Shown one piece after another: positions 9,951 to 20,687 of a stretch of 64,000 nucleotides of DNA (the first letter of the stretch is position 1; every line of letters begins with the position of its first letter). Location: assembly GCA_964291395.2 (NCBI GenBank), contig OZ219858.1, positions 160,001 to 224,000 of the forward strand, written 5' to 3'. The notes below the pieces were generated by a model, which saw only the letters and a program-made list of their open reading frames with translations, had not been told where the DNA came from and ran no database searches. The stretch comes from Alphaproteobacteria bacterium. Its GTDB lineage: Bacteria; Pseudomonadota; Alphaproteobacteria; UBA2966. Both the position numbers and the translations under genes were made by a program.

Positions 9951-12647
9951 CTACGCGGCGGCGGGCTCCATGAGATTCCTGAGCACGTACTGCAGGATCC
10001 CGCCGTGCCGGTAGTACTCGACCTCGTCGAAGGTATCGACCCGGCAGGTCAGAGCGGTCTCTATGCTCGAGCCGTCGCTCCGCGTGATACGGCAGGTCAC
10101 GTCCATTCGCGGCGTTATCCCGTCGACGACACCCTCGATGTCAAAGGTCTCGCTGCCGTCGAGCTTCAGCGATTTTCGATTCGCGCCTTCCTTGAACTGC
10201 AACGGCAGAACGCCCATTCCGACGAGGTTTGAACGGTGAATGCGCTCAAAGCTCTCGGCGATGACCGCCTTGATTCCAAGCAGACGCGTCCCTTTCGCGG
10301 CCCAGTCGCGGGACGAACCGGTCCCGTACTCCTTGCCCGCGACAACGACGAGCGGAACCCCTTCGTCCTGGTACTCCATGGCGGCGTCATAAATCGACAC
10401 TTCCTCACCGCCCGGCATGTGCCGGGTGACCCCGCCCTCGGTACCGGGGGCGATCTCGTTGCGCAGACGAATGTTGGCGAAGGTCCCGCGCATCATGACT
10501 TCGTGATTGCCCCGCCGGGCGCCGTAGGAGTTGAACTCCCTCGGCGACACCTGGTGTCCGACCAGGTACGTTCCGGCCGGACCGTCCTGCTTGATGGATC
10601 CGGCCGGCGAGATGTGGTCGGTGGTGATGCTGTCACCGAGCAAGGCCAGCACCCGCGCGCCCCGGATGTCCGAGAAGTCTCCCGGTTCGCGCGACATGTC
10701 CTGGAAGAACGGCGGATGCTGGACGTAGGTGGATCCGATGTCCCACTGGTACGTCAGCCCCGCCGCGGCCTCGACCTGCTGCCAGGCGTCCGTTCCCGAG
10801 AAAGCGTCCCGATAACGCTGACGGAACATCTCGGGCGTAACGCAGGAACGGACGGTCTCGGTGATTTCCCGGTTCGAGGGCCAGATATCCCCGAGGTAGA
10901 CCGGTTCTCCATCGGTTCCCTCGCCGAGCGGTTCCGTCGTGATGTCGACGCCGACGTTGCCGGCGATGGCGTAGGCCACGACCAGGATGGGCGAGGCCAG
11001 GTAGTTCACCTTGGTTTGCGGATTCACGCGGCCTTCGAAGTTGCGATTCCCGGAGAGAACCGCGCCGACCACCAGATCACCCTCGGCGATCGCTTCGGAA
11101 ATCGAATCGTCGAGAGGTCCGGAGTTGCCGATGCACGTCGTGCAACCGTATCCCACCAGATTGAATCCGAGGGCGTCCAAGTCGTCCTGAAGGCCGGCCT
11201 TCTCGAGATAATCGGTCACCACCTGCGATCCCGGCGCGAGCGAGGTCTTGACCCACGGCCTGACCTTGAGACCCTTGGCCACGGCGTTGCGCGCGAGCAG
11301 TCCGGCCCCGACCATGACGCTGGGATTGGAGGTATTCGTACAGCTCGTGACCGCCGCGATCACGACGTCGCCGTCGGTGAGATCGAAATCCGCCCCTTGG
11401 ACGGGCACGGAGGCCCTGTCCCTGGAGCCGCCGCGCGCCTCGGAGAGCGATCCTTCGAAGCCCTTCGCCACACCGCTCAGCGAGATCCGGTCCTGGGGAC
11501 GCTTGGGTCCCGCCATGCTCGCCTCGACGCTCCCGATGTCGATCTCAAGCGTATCGGAGAACTCCGGGTCCGGTGTACCCGCCTCGCGCCACATACCCTG
11601 GGCCTTGGCATAGGCCTCGACGAGTTCGATGCGTTGCGGATCGCGAGCGCTGAGTTCGAGGTAGGCGAGCGTTTCGCCGTCGATGGGAAAGAACCCGCAT
11701 GTCGCTCCGTACTCGGGAGCCATGTTGGAGATCGTTGCGCGGTCGGCAAGCGAAAGCTCGTCGAGGCCCGGTCCGTAGAACTCCACGAACTTTCCGACGA
11801 CGCCCTTTTGCCGCAGCATCTGAGTTACGGTCAGCACCAGATCCGTCGCCGTCGTACCCTCGCCGAGCGAACCGGTCAGTTTCAACCCGACGACCTCCGG
11901 CACCAGCATCGAAATCGGCTGACCGAGCATCGCGGCCTCGGCTTCGATTCCACCGACACCCCAGCCGAGCACCGCGAGACCGTTGACCATCGTGGTGTGC
12001 GAGTCCGTGCCCACGAGCGTATCGGGATAGGCGATCGTCCGGCCGTCGACATTCGCCGTCCAAACCACCCGCGCGAGGTATTCCAGATTGACCTGATGGC
12101 AGATGCCGGTTCCCGGGGGGACCACGCGAAAGTTGTCGAACGCGCCCTGACCCCAGCGGAGGAACGAGTAACGCTCCTTGTTGCGCTGCATTTCGATCTC
12201 GACGTTGGCGCGAAATGCATCGGCGGAACCGAACCGGTCCACCATTACCGAGTGATCCACGACGAGGTCGACCGGAGAGAGGGGATTGATCTTTGTCGGA
12301 TCACCTCCCAGGCTCGACATCGCGGCCCGCATCGCCGCGAGATCGACGACGGCGGGAACGCCCGTAAAGTCCTGCATCAGCACGCGGGCCGGCCGATAGG
12401 CGATTTCCCGGTCCGAGGACCGGGTTGTCAGCCAGCCGGCCATGCCCGCGACGTCGTCGACCGTCACGGTTCGCCCGTCCTCGTACCGCAGGAGATTTTC
12501 GAGCAACACCTTCAGCGAGAAGGGGAGCCGCGAAATGTCCCCGAGACCGGCATCCGCTACCGCTTCCAGGCTGAAATAGTCGTACGAGGCGCCGTCCACG
12601 TTCAACGTGCGGCGCACACCCAATGTGTCTCGGCCGATCGTGGTCAC
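9951..12647 (-). CDS. acnA: Aconitate hydratase AcnA
   Basis: [42 protein letters not shown] and [10 protein letters not shown]. Confidence 0.98.
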   Translation of the reverse strand: MTTIGRDTLGVRRTLNVDGASYDYFSLEAVADAGLGDISRLPFSLKVLLENLLRYEDGRTVTVDDVAGMAGWLTTRSSDREIAYRPARVLMQDFTGVPAVVDLAAMRAAMSSLGGDPTKINPLSPVDLVVDHSVMVDRFGSADAFRANVEIEMQRNKERYSFLRWGQGAFDNFRVVPPGTGICHQVNLEYLARVVWTANVDGRTIAYPDTLVGTDSHTTMVNGLAVLGWGVGGIEAEAAMLGQPISMLVPEVVGLKLTGSLGEGTTATDLVLTVTQMLRQKGVVGKFVEFYGPGLDELSLADRATISNMAPEYGATCGFFPIDGETLAYLELSARDPQRIELVEAYAKAQGMWREAGTPDPEFSDTLEIDIGSVEASMAGPKRPQDRISLSGVAKGFEGSLSEARGGSRDRASVPVQGADFDLTDGDVVIAAVTSCTNTSNPSVMVGAGLLARNAVAKGLKVRPWVKTSLAPGSQVVTDYLEKAGLQDDLDALGFNLVGYGCTTCIGNSGPLDDSISEAIAEGDLVVGAVLSGNRNFEGRVNPQTKVNYLASPILVVAYAIAGNVGVDITTEPLGEGTDGEPVYLGDIWPSNREITETVRSCVTPEMFRQRYRDAFSGTDAWQQVEAAAGLTYQWDIGSTYVQHPPFFQDMSREPGDFSDIRGARVLALLGDSITTDHISPAGSIKQDGPAGTYLVGHQVSPREFNSYGARRGNHEVMMRGTFANIRLRNEIAPGTEGGVTRHMPGGEEVSIYDAAMEYQDEGVPLVVVAGKEYGTGSSRDWAAKGTRLLGIKAVIAESFERIHRSNLVGMGVLPLQFKEGANRKSLKLDGSETFDIEGVVDGITPRMDVTCRITRSDGSSIETALTCRVDTFDEVEYYRHGGILQYVLRNLMEPAAA

Positions 12648-13294
12648 CGTACGACCCTCCCCCGGTCAATGCCTGAGCCCCGCGTCGAGACGCCCCGTCG
12701 CGATTCCCGGCGCATGCGTTCCCGCACTATCAACCACAATCCCGGCATGAGAGCCAGCCCCCGCATCCATTTTCGGCACGCCTGTCGCGCCACCGGATGC
12801 AGGCCGTCGGGGGCAGGCCGTCGCGAGGAAGTTCCGCTCCCGGGGAACCGGTGACGTACGGCTCCAGCTAAATCCAACCAAACGATTTCGACGGCCGAAC
12901 TCGAACCTCCGAAGTCGCATATTGCGCGGTCCACCAATGTTGCTAGTGTTCTGACAACGAAAAGCGAGGACGCTTGGTTCCGGCCCGTCCGGGCCCTGCA
13001 AGACCTGTGGAGGACTCTCGATCCCGGATGACGTTCGTTCGGATGATCGGGACCCAAACGGAACACCGTCGCATTGCGCGACTGCCATGTCGCAAAGCTC
13101 GAGGGTGGTCGCGTCATGACGCCGGAAGCTGGCGATCGATGCCGGCAGGGCGGAGTGGCGCGTGTCCCGCCGGTGGTTGACGGATTGAATATCGACGCCT
13201 TGGGTAGCACCCGATAGGCTCCGGCCTCGCCGTTGCCCGCGCGCGTGCGGACTGCGGCCGAGCGCCACGACAACAACTCCGGACGCCAAGGACC

Positions 13295-13939
13295 TTGTCG
13301 CTCACCGGCCGAAATCTCACCTGCACGCGCGGGGATACCACCGTCTTCACCGGGCTCGATTTCGACATCGCGCCCGGTGATATCGTCGTCGTTAGAGGCG
13401 CGAACGGCAGCGGGAAATCCTCGCTCCTGCGGCTGGCCGCGGGATACCTCGCGCCGACCGCGGGCGAACTCCGGCGCGACGGAGCGCCGATCGCGGACGA
13501 TCCGGAACGACACCGGACGAGCCTGCACTACGTCGGCCATCTCGATGCGCTGAAGCCCGCGCTCTCCGTGGCCGAAAACCTGGCGTTCTGGAGCAGGGTG
13601 CTGGCCGCGAAAACCCCGGCCTCTTCACGCCTCGGTCACGATCCGACGCTCGACAGGATGGGACTCTCGGGGCTGGCAGACGTGCCGACGCGCTACCTGT
13701 CCGCCGGCCAGCGGCGGCGCCTGGCACTGGCGCGGCTCATCGTGTGTTCCAGACCCCTCTGGCTGCTCGATGAACCCACGGCCTCGCTCGACGATGCAGG
13801 TACGGAAACGCTGCTCGGGCTCATTTCCGATCACCGTTCTGACGGAGGGATGGTCTTGGCGGCCGTCCATGGTTCCATCGCCGTCGACGATGCGGTCACG
13901 ATCCGATTGGGAGAGTGCCGAATGGACGGAATGTCATGA
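13295..13939 (+). CDS. ccmA: Heme ABC exporter ATP-binding protein
   Basis: Walker A GANGSGKS, LSAGQRRR signature and LWLLDEP. First gene of the ccm cluster. Confidence 0.93.
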   Translation: MSLTGRNLTCTRGDTTVFTGLDFDIAPGDIVVVRGANGSGKSSLLRLAAGYLAPTAGELRRDGAPIADDPERHRTSLHYVGHLDALKPALSVAENLAFWSRVLAAKTPASSRLGHDPTLDRMGLSGLADVPTRYLSAGQRRRLALARLIVCSRPLWLLDEPTASLDDAGTETLLGLISDHRSDGGMVLAAVHGSIAVDDAVTIRLGECRMDGMS

Positions 13940-14601
13940 CCACGTTCCTCCAGATCGTCGCCCGCGATGTCCGCCTCGCGTTCAGACAAGGCGGCGCGAC
14001 GATGCTGGTCGTGGTTTTCTTCGTGCTTGCCGTCACCTTGTTTCCTCTCGGGGTCGGGCCCGAAACCGCTGTCCTTCGGCGCATTGCGCCCGGCGTGATC
14101 TGGGTCGCGGCGCTGCTCGCGGCCATGCTCTCCCTCGACCGTCTGTTCCAGGTCGACTTCGAGGACGGCAGCCTCGATCAATTGGCCCTGGCGCCTCTGC
14201 CGCTCGAACTCGTAGCGGCAGCGAAATGCCTCGCGCATTGGCTCTCCACGGGCCTGCCTCTTGTCGTCATCTCGCCGCTTCTCGGCGTCCTGCTCGAGCT
14301 GAACGGCGAGGCACATGGCGCATTGCTGCTGGCCATGGCCGCAGGCACGCCGACCCTCAGCCTGGTGGGCGGGATTGGAGCTGCCCTGACCGTGAGCATC
14401 CGAAGGGGCGGCGTGCTGTTGTCCCTGCTCGTCCTACCGCTCTACATCCCCGTCCTCATTTTCGGGACCGGCGCGATCGATGCGGCGGCCATGGGCCTGG
14501 GAGGCGGCGCTCATCTGCTGGTATTGGCGGCGCTGCTCGCTGCCGCGCTCCCGCTCGCGCCGTGGGCGATCGCCGGCGCGCTCCGCCTGAACCTGGAATG
14601 A
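13936..14601 (+). CDS. ccmB: Heme exporter permease CcmB
   Basis: FQVDFEDGSL and LVLPLYIPVLIFG. ATGA overlap with ccmA. Confidence 0.95.
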   Translation: MTTFLQIVARDVRLAFRQGGATMLVVVFFVLAVTLFPLGVGPETAVLRRIAPGVIWVAALLAAMLSLDRLFQVDFEDGSLDQLALAPLPLELVAAAKCLAHWLSTGLPLVVISPLLGVLLELNGEAHGALLLAMAAGTPTLSLVGGIGAALTVSIRRGGVLLSLLVLPLYIPVLIFGTGAIDAAAMGLGGGAHLLVLAALLAAALPLAPWAIAGALRLNLE

Positions 14602-14691
14602 TCGACCGCGACTTGAGGAACGTGGCTTTCCGCCACGTGCTCGTACGAGCCATGAAACGTTCGATCCGGCGGATGGTGCTATAACGCGGTC

Positions 14692-15420
14692 ATGGTGAAC
14701 TGGCATCGCCTCGCGAACCCGACATCGTTCCTCAAGTGGAGCCGCCGCGTCCTTCCCTGGGCCAGCGTCACGACCGTCATATTGCTGGCCGCCGGACTCT
14801 ATCTCAGCCTGTTCGTGGCGCCGCCGGACTACCAGCAGGGCGAAACGGTTCGCATCATGTTCGTCCACGTGCCGTCGGCCTGGATGGCGCTGTTCACCTA
14901 TACCGTCATGGCGGGCGCCAGCGCCGCGGGTTTGATCTGGAAAAGCCCGCTCTCTCATTTGACGGCGAAGGCCGCGGCTCCCATCGGTGCGTCGTTTACC
15001 CTGCTCGCCTTGGTGACGGGATCCCTGTGGGGTCAACCCATGTGGGGCACGTGGTGGGTCTGGGATGCACGCCTCACCTCGGTTCTGATCCTGTTTTTCC
15101 TGTACCTCGGGTACATCGCGCTCTGGGAGGCGATCGACGACTACACGCGGGCCGCCAAATCCACAGCCATTCTGGCCCTGGTCGGGGTCGTCAACATCCC
15201 GATCATCAAATTCTCGGTGGATTGGTGGAACACGCTGCATCAGCCGGCAAGCGTGCTCCGAATGGACGGCCCATCCATCCACCCCAGTCTGCTGGTACCG
15301 CTGCTGGTGATGGGAGCCGCCTTCACCGGCTACTTCATAGTGGTCCTGCTGATCCGTCTGGAGCGCGAAATTCTGGCCCGCCAGGCACAGGTCTTGCGGC
15401 GCGCGCAATTGCGGAGCTGA
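14692..15420 (+). CDS. ccmC: Heme exporter CcmC
   Basis: HVPSAW, WWD motif WGQPMWGTWWVWDARLT and WWNTLHQ. Confidence 0.97.
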   Translation: MVNWHRLANPTSFLKWSRRVLPWASVTTVILLAAGLYLSLFVAPPDYQQGETVRIMFVHVPSAWMALFTYTVMAGASAAGLIWKSPLSHLTAKAAAPIGASFTLLALVTGSLWGQPMWGTWWVWDARLTSVLILFFLYLGYIALWEAIDDYTRAAKSTAILALVGVVNIPIIKFSVDWWNTLHQPASVLRMDGPSIHPSLLVPLLVMGAAFTGYFIVVLLIRLEREILARQAQVLRRAQLRS

Positions 15421-15552
15421 GGACGCGGATCAGATGCATCCGAGCGACGGCACATTCTTGGGGGAGGCCCCGGGTCGCATCCGCGGTCAGGCCGGAAGCG
15501 ACTCCCGCGGCCCGCCACGTGCCGGATGCCACGGCGGGAGAGCATTTCGCGA

Positions 15553-15750
15553 ATGGAGCCCGTGAGCGAGTTTTTGCATATGGGCGGCTACGCTCTGTTC
15601 GTGTGGCCGGCGTTCGCGGTCGCCGCGGTGGTGCTGACGGTGCTCCTCGTGTGGAGCGTTCGCGATCTCCGCAGGGAACGGGACCTGCTCGAATCGCTCC
15701 CCAGACGGCAACCCAAAGCCCAACCCGCCGAGGTTGAAGATGACTCGTAG
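15553..15750 (+). CDS. ccmD: Heme exporter protein CcmD
   Basis: [15 protein letters not shown], one TM segment and a charged tail. Lies between ccmC and ccmE. Confidence 0.9.
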   Translation: MEPVSEFLHMGGYALFVWPAFAVAAVVLTVLLVWSVRDLRRERDLLESLPRRQPKAQPAEVEDDS

Positions 15751-16177
15751 ACGGCGGCGCCTCTACTTCATCGCTTCGAGCATGGCGATGCTCGGAATCG
15801 CAGCGGCTCTGATACTCAATGCCTTTCAGGAAAATCTCGTGTTCTTTCACAGTCCCAGCGAGATCGTCGGGATGGGAATCTCCGAGGAGCGGCGCTTTCG
15901 GCTGGGCGGGCTGGTCGAAGAGAACAGCGTGGTCAAAGGGGGCGACGGCGTCACGATCTCGTTTCGCGTAACGGATACGGCGGCATCGGTGCCCGTCCGC
16001 TACCGCGGACTGCTGCCCGACTTGTTCCGCGAGGGTCAGGGAGTCGTCGCGGACGGCTCGCTAGACGAGAACGGAACATTCGTCGCGACCGAAATCCTCG
16101 CCAAGCACGACGAAACCTATATGCCGCCCGAGGTCGCGGCGGCGTTGAAAAAAGCGGGTCAATGGCAGGGCGAATAG
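15740..16177 (+). CDS. ccmE: Heme chaperone CcmE
   Basis: [12 protein letters not shown] and [13 protein letters not shown] (HxxxY heme site). Confidence 0.97.
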   Translation: MTRRRRRLYFIASSMAMLGIAAALILNAFQENLVFFHSPSEIVGMGISEERRFRLGGLVEENSVVKGGDGVTISFRVTDTAASVPVRYRGLLPDLFREGQGVVADGSLDENGTFVATEILAKHDETYMPPEVAAALKKAGQWQGE

Positions 16178-16181
16178 CGGG

Positions 16182-18176
16182 ATGATCGTCGAAACCGGAC
16201 ACTATGCACTGATCCTGGCGCTGGCATTGTCCCTCGTACAGGGCACGTTTCCCCTGATCGGCGCTCAGCTTCGCTATGCCCCCTGGATCGCCATGGCCCG
16301 GCCCGTCGCCATCGTTCAATTCGGATTCGTGACGATCTCCTTCGCCGCCCTGACCTATGCCTACGTGGCCTCCGATTTTTCGGTGCTCAACGTCGCCATG
16401 AACTCGCATTCGGCGAAGCCGCTCCTTTACAAGGTGTCGGGGGTCTGGGGGAACCACGAAGGCTCGCTCCTGCTCTGGGTTCTGATACTCACCCTGTTCG
16501 GCGCGACCGTCGCCGCCTTCGGCGGCAACCTGCCGCCCGAGCTGCGGGCCCGCGTGCTGTCGGTTCAGGCTTTGATCGGCACCGGCTTCCTCCTGTTCAT
16601 GCTGTTCACCTCCAACCCCTTCGAGCGGCTGGTCCCCGCGCCCGCAGACGGTCAGGGTTTGAATCCCCTTCTTCAGGACCCCGGGCTGGCGTTCCACCCT
16701 CCGTTCCTCTACCTCGGATACGTGGGATTCTCGATGGCGTTCTCGTTCGCCGTGGCGGCCCTCATCGAAGGCAGGGTGGATGCCGCGTGGGCGCGCTGGG
16801 TCCGGCCCTGGACGCTTGCGGCCTGGTGTTTCCTGACGGTGGGTATCGCGTTGGGTTCCTGGTGGGCCTACTACGAGCTCGGTTGGGGCGGATTCTGGTT
16901 CTGGGACCCCGTCGAAAATGCTTCCTTCATGCCCTGGCTTGCCGGTACGGCGCTGTTGCACACCGCCGTCGTGGTCGAGAAGCGCGACGCGCTGAAGAGC
17001 TGGACCATCCTGCTCGCGATCCTGACGTTCTCGCTCAGCCTTCTGGGCACGTTCCTGGTGCGCTCGGGAGTTCTGACGTCCGTGCACGCTTTTGCGACAG
17101 ATCCGGCGCGGGGCGTCTTCATCCTGGCGTTTCTCGTGCTCGTCGCGGGTGGCTCGCTGACCCTGTTCGCTATTCGGGCACCGGGCCTGAAGGGAGGCGG
17201 CCTGTTCGCGCCCCTCAGCCGTGAAGGCGCTCTGGTTCTCAACAACCTGCTGCTGACGACCGCCTGCGCGACGGTTCTGCTGGGCACGTTGTATCCGCTG
17301 TTCCTCGATGCCCTGACCGGCGAGAAGGTCTCGGTGGGCCCGCCGTATTTCCATGCGACATTCGTACCGCTGATGGTGCCGGCCGTCGTGGCGGCCGGCA
17401 TCGGCCCATTGCTGGCCTGGAAGAGGGGTGACTTGGCGGGCGCCCTCTCCCGCCTGCGCCTGGCCCTGGTGTTCGCCCTCGCGGTCCCGCTGGCGACGCT
17501 GATGTTCGCGGCGAAAGCCCCGATGCTCGCGGTGCTGGGCACCGCGCTCGGCACTTGGCTCGTCGCGGCGTCCATCGGTGAATTCGCGCAGCGCGTTCGG
17601 TTGTTCGGTGCGTCCCCTGGTGAGACCTGGCGGCGCGCCAGGCACCTCCCGCGGGCGGCGTACGGCATGACCATTGCACATGCCGGCGCGGGTGTCGTCA
17701 TCCTGGGGATCGTCGTCAGCGTGACCTGGGAGACCGAACGGCTCCAAGTCGTCCAGGCCGGCGAATCCGTCCCCGTGGGCGGATACGAGTTCACGTTCCG
17801 GGGTGTCGAGGACGTCAAGGGCCCCAACTACGATGCGGTCCGGGGCATTTTCGACGTGACGCGCGACGGCGACCTCGTCACCGTGATGACCCCGGAAACA
17901 CGGACCTACGATACGTCTCCGCAAACCACGACGGAAGCGGCCATTCATCCGACCCTGACTTCGGATCTCTACGCCGTCATCGGCGACCCGGACGGTTCGG
18001 GCGGCTGGGCGGCGCGTCTCTATCACAAGCCCTTGGTCAACTGGATCTGGCTCGGGGCCATCCTCGTGGCCGTCGGCGGAATCGTCTCGCTAACCGACCG
18101 GAGGCACCGGGTGGGCGCACCCAGGCGCAAGGCGGGACGCGCCGAGTCAGGCGCGGCACGGGCCGCGAGAGCGTGA
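16182..18176 (+). CDS. ccmF: Heme lyase CcmF
   Basis: WGNHEGS, HPPFLYLGY, WGGFWFWDPVENAS and SVHAFA. Confidence 0.98.
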   Translation: MIVETGHYALILALALSLVQGTFPLIGAQLRYAPWIAMARPVAIVQFGFVTISFAALTYAYVASDFSVLNVAMNSHSAKPLLYKVSGVWGNHEGSLLLWVLILTLFGATVAAFGGNLPPELRARVLSVQALIGTGFLLFMLFTSNPFERLVPAPADGQGLNPLLQDPGLAFHPPFLYLGYVGFSMAFSFAVAALIEGRVDAAWARWVRPWTLAAWCFLTVGIALGSWWAYYELGWGGFWFWDPVENASFMPWLAGTALLHTAVVVEKRDALKSWTILLAILTFSLSLLGTFLVRSGVLTSVHAFATDPARGVFILAFLVLVAGGSLTLFAIRAPGLKGGGLFAPLSREGALVLNNLLLTTACATVLLGTLYPLFLDALTGEKVSVGPPYFHATFVPLMVPAVVAAGIGPLLAWKRGDLAGALSRLRLALVFALAVPLATLMFAAKAPMLAVLGTALGTWLVAASIGEFAQRVRLFGASPGETWRRARHLPRAAYGMTIAHAGAGVVILGIVVSVTWETERLQVVQAGESVPVGGYEFTFRGVEDVKGPNYDAVRGIFDVTRDGDLVTVMTPETRTYDTSPQTTTEAAIHPTLTSDLYAVIGDPDGSGGWAARLYHKPLVNWIWLGAILVAVGGIVSLTDRRHRVGAPRRKAGRAESGAARAARA

Positions 18177-18183
18177 GCGGCCC

Positions 18184-18717
18184 ATGCGGCTCAGCTACGT
18201 CCTGCCACTGGCGCTGTTCGCGGTCGTCGCGGTCGCGCTCGGTATCGGTCTGACGCTCAACCCCCGTCTCATTCCGTCGGCCCTCATCGACAAACCGGTC
18301 CCCGACTTCTCCCTGCCCCCCGTCGACGGGCGGCCCGACGGATTGGCCGCGGCCGATCTCCGGACGGGAGAGGTCGCCATCGTCAACGTCTTCGCGTCGT
18401 GGTGCGGCCCCTGCCGAATAGAGCATCCGCTGTTGATGGAAATCGCGCGCGGTGGCGAAGTCCCGGTTCACGGGATCAACTACAAGGATCTGCCCCGAAA
18501 TGCCATGGCCTGGCTCAAACGATATGGAGATCCCTATGGGCGCGTCGGTTCCGACCGAAACGGCCGGGTCAGCATAGACTGGGGCGTCTACGGCCTTCCC
18601 GAGACCTTCGTGGTCGATCGACGGGGACGCATCGCCTTCAAGCACGTCGGACCGATGATGCCGGAAGACTTGCATCAGCGGATACTGCCGCTCGTCAGGG
18701 AGCTCCAGGACCGGTGA
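18184..18717 (+). CDS. ccmG: Thiol:disulfide interchange protein DsbE/CcmG
   Basis: ASWCGPCRIEHP and GVYGLPETF. Confidence 0.95.
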   Translation: MRLSYVLPLALFAVVAVALGIGLTLNPRLIPSALIDKPVPDFSLPPVDGRPDGLAAADLRTGEVAIVNVFASWCGPCRIEHPLLMEIARGGEVPVHGINYKDLPRNAMAWLKRYGDPYGRVGSDRNGRVSIDWGVYGLPETFVVDRRGRIAFKHVGPMMPEDLHQRILPLVRELQDR

Positions 18718-19214
18718 TACAGGCCTTTCATCGTTTTCTGCTGCTGGCCGCCGCCGCGTGCGTGGTATCGCTGGCGGCACCTCCGCCGGCGGTTGCCATC
18801 GGCGTGGACCGGCCGCTCCCCGATCCGGCACTCGAAGCGCGGGCTCGTGCCATTCACAAGCAGCTCCGTTGCCTCGTTTGCCAGAACCAGTCGATCGACG
18901 ACTCCAACGCCGATCTCGCGCGGGATCTGCGCGTTCTCGTTCGGGAACGCATTTCGCTGGGAGATTCCGACGCGGAGGTTCTCGACTTCGTCGTCGACCG
19001 TTACGGCGACTGGGTGCTGCTCGACCCGCCGCTCAACGTTCGGACGTTCGCTCTCTGGCTGGGCCCCGCCGCACTGCTGCTTCTGGGCGCGGGGTTCGCC
19101 ATTGCCGTCTTCCGTCAGCAGCGCCGCAGCCCCGAGCCTGCATCCGACGCCCTGACACCCGAAGAACGAGCACGCGTCGAGGCACTGCTCGAGCGCGATG
19201 GGGACGCCTCCTGA
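18714..19214 (+). CDS. ccmH: Cytochrome c biogenesis protein CcmH
   Basis: LRCLVCQNQSIDDS and RYGDWVLLDP. GTG start overlaps the ccmG stop. Confidence 0.95.
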   Translation: MIQAFHRFLLLAAAACVVSLAAPPPAVAIGVDRPLPDPALEARARAIHKQLRCLVCQNQSIDDSNADLARDLRVLVRERISLGDSDAEVLDFVVDRYGDWVLLDPPLNVRTFALWLGPAALLLLGAGFAIAVFRQQRRSPEPASDALTPEERARVEALLERDGDAS

Positions 19215-20600
19215 TGCTGCTCTGGACGGTCTTCGCCATTCTCACCGTAATCGCACTCCTCGGCCCGGTGTTGCCTTTATTGCGCGGCACCCGCGACGAA
19301 CATCCGCGCGCCGATTACGATCTTCAGGTCTATCGCCATCAGCTCGACGAACTTCAGAACGACCTCGACCGCGGAGCCATCTCGACCGAGGAACAGGCGG
19401 CCGCCCGCACGGAAATCGAGCGCCGAATCCTGTCGACCGAAACCGCGGATGGGCGGCGGCCCCGCACGCCATCCGCAACGCCTCAGATCGCCGGTGCCAT
19501 CGTGGCGGCCGTCGGGATACCGGCACTGGCGTCGGGCCTGTACCTCTACCTGGGCTCGCCGCAATCATCGGATCGACCGCTCGCCGACCGGCCTACCGCG
19601 GCGGCAACGCGACCGGCCTCCGTCGACGACCTGCAAACGGCCGTCAGCCGCCTTCGGGCCCGTCTGGCACGCGGTTCGGAAAGCCTCGCGGATTGGCTGC
19701 TTCTCGGTCAGTCGTACACGGCCATGCGGCGCTTCGACGACGCCGTGGCGGCATACAGGCAGGCGGATGGCTTGCAGCCGGATGACCCGAACATCATGGC
19801 CGCGCTCGGAGAGTCGCTCGTCCTCGCGGCGGGCGGCACGGTGACGCCCGAGGCGCAGGCGGTGTTCCGCAGCGCCCATGCCCTGAACGACCGGCTTCCC
19901 GGCCCGCGGTTCTACATGGGGTTGGCGCGCGCGCAGGCAGGAGATCCACGAGAGGCCTACGACATCTGGCTCGCGCTCGCCAACGATTCGGAGTTGGATG
20001 CGCCATGGCGGCCCGAGCTGATCGCGCGCCTCGAGGAGGTCGGCGCCGAACTGGAGAAGGAAGCCGCCGCCGTGCCGAAGGACACGCCCGCCGGAAGGAC
20101 AGCCGGCGAATCCGCCCCGGTGCGAGGCCCCATGCGGGAAGATGTCGAAGCGGCTGCCGGCATGTCCGCCGGCGACCGCGCCGAGATGATCCGCGGAATG
20201 GTCGCGGGACTCGCGGAACGCCTGGAAGAAAACCCCGGCGATATCCAGGGATGGATCATGCTGGCCCGGTCCTATCGGGTCCTCAATCGACCCGAAAAGG
20301 CACGGGACGCTCTCCGCCGGGCACGGGAGGCGGCACCCGACGACCCCGGGACGCTGGTTCAACTGGGCGCGGCGATCGTCGATGCCGGCGGTCGGGACGG
20401 ACCGCTGCCGGCGGAAGCCGTCGCGCTGTTTCGGCGGGCGCTGGATCTCGATGCCCGGAACGCTGCAATACTTCGTCGGGATGGCCCATGCCCGGTCCGG
20501 CGACGTCGACCGGCCGAAAAGTCTGGAACCGGCTCCTCGCGCAACTCGACGAAAATCGCGCCTATCCGTTCGGCAACAGATCGACGGTGCGACACGCTGA
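19214..20600 (+). CDS. ccmI: Cytochrome c biogenesis protein CcmI (TPR), with apparent frameshifts in the last ~140 nt
   Basis: YDLQVYRHQLDEL...EIERRIL, LYLYLGSP and TPR repeats. The terminal TPR is scattered over three frames (LQYFVGMAHARSGD / KVWNRLLAQLD / RLSVRQQID*, TGA at 20598-20600). Confidence 0.85.
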
Positions 20601-20687
20601 TGTCCGGACGGGGCCGGTCATGGGCGGAGGACAGATTCGTACCAAGGGTTGAAGATCAGAGACCACCCAACCCGGACCGGACCGACT

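Noticed and set aside
12825-12850. GAGGAAGTTCCGCTCC resembling the RNase P RNA 5' signature
   Set aside because: Imperfect match, and no 3' ACAGAACCCGGCTTA-like partner was found downstream.
10236-12854. 872-aa plus-strand ORF antisense to acnA (likewise 15951-18026, 27513-29522, 25590-27365, 31728-33167)
   Set aside because: Typical shadow or overlapping ORFs of high-GC coding DNA with no recognisable motifs. The overlapped genes are clear.
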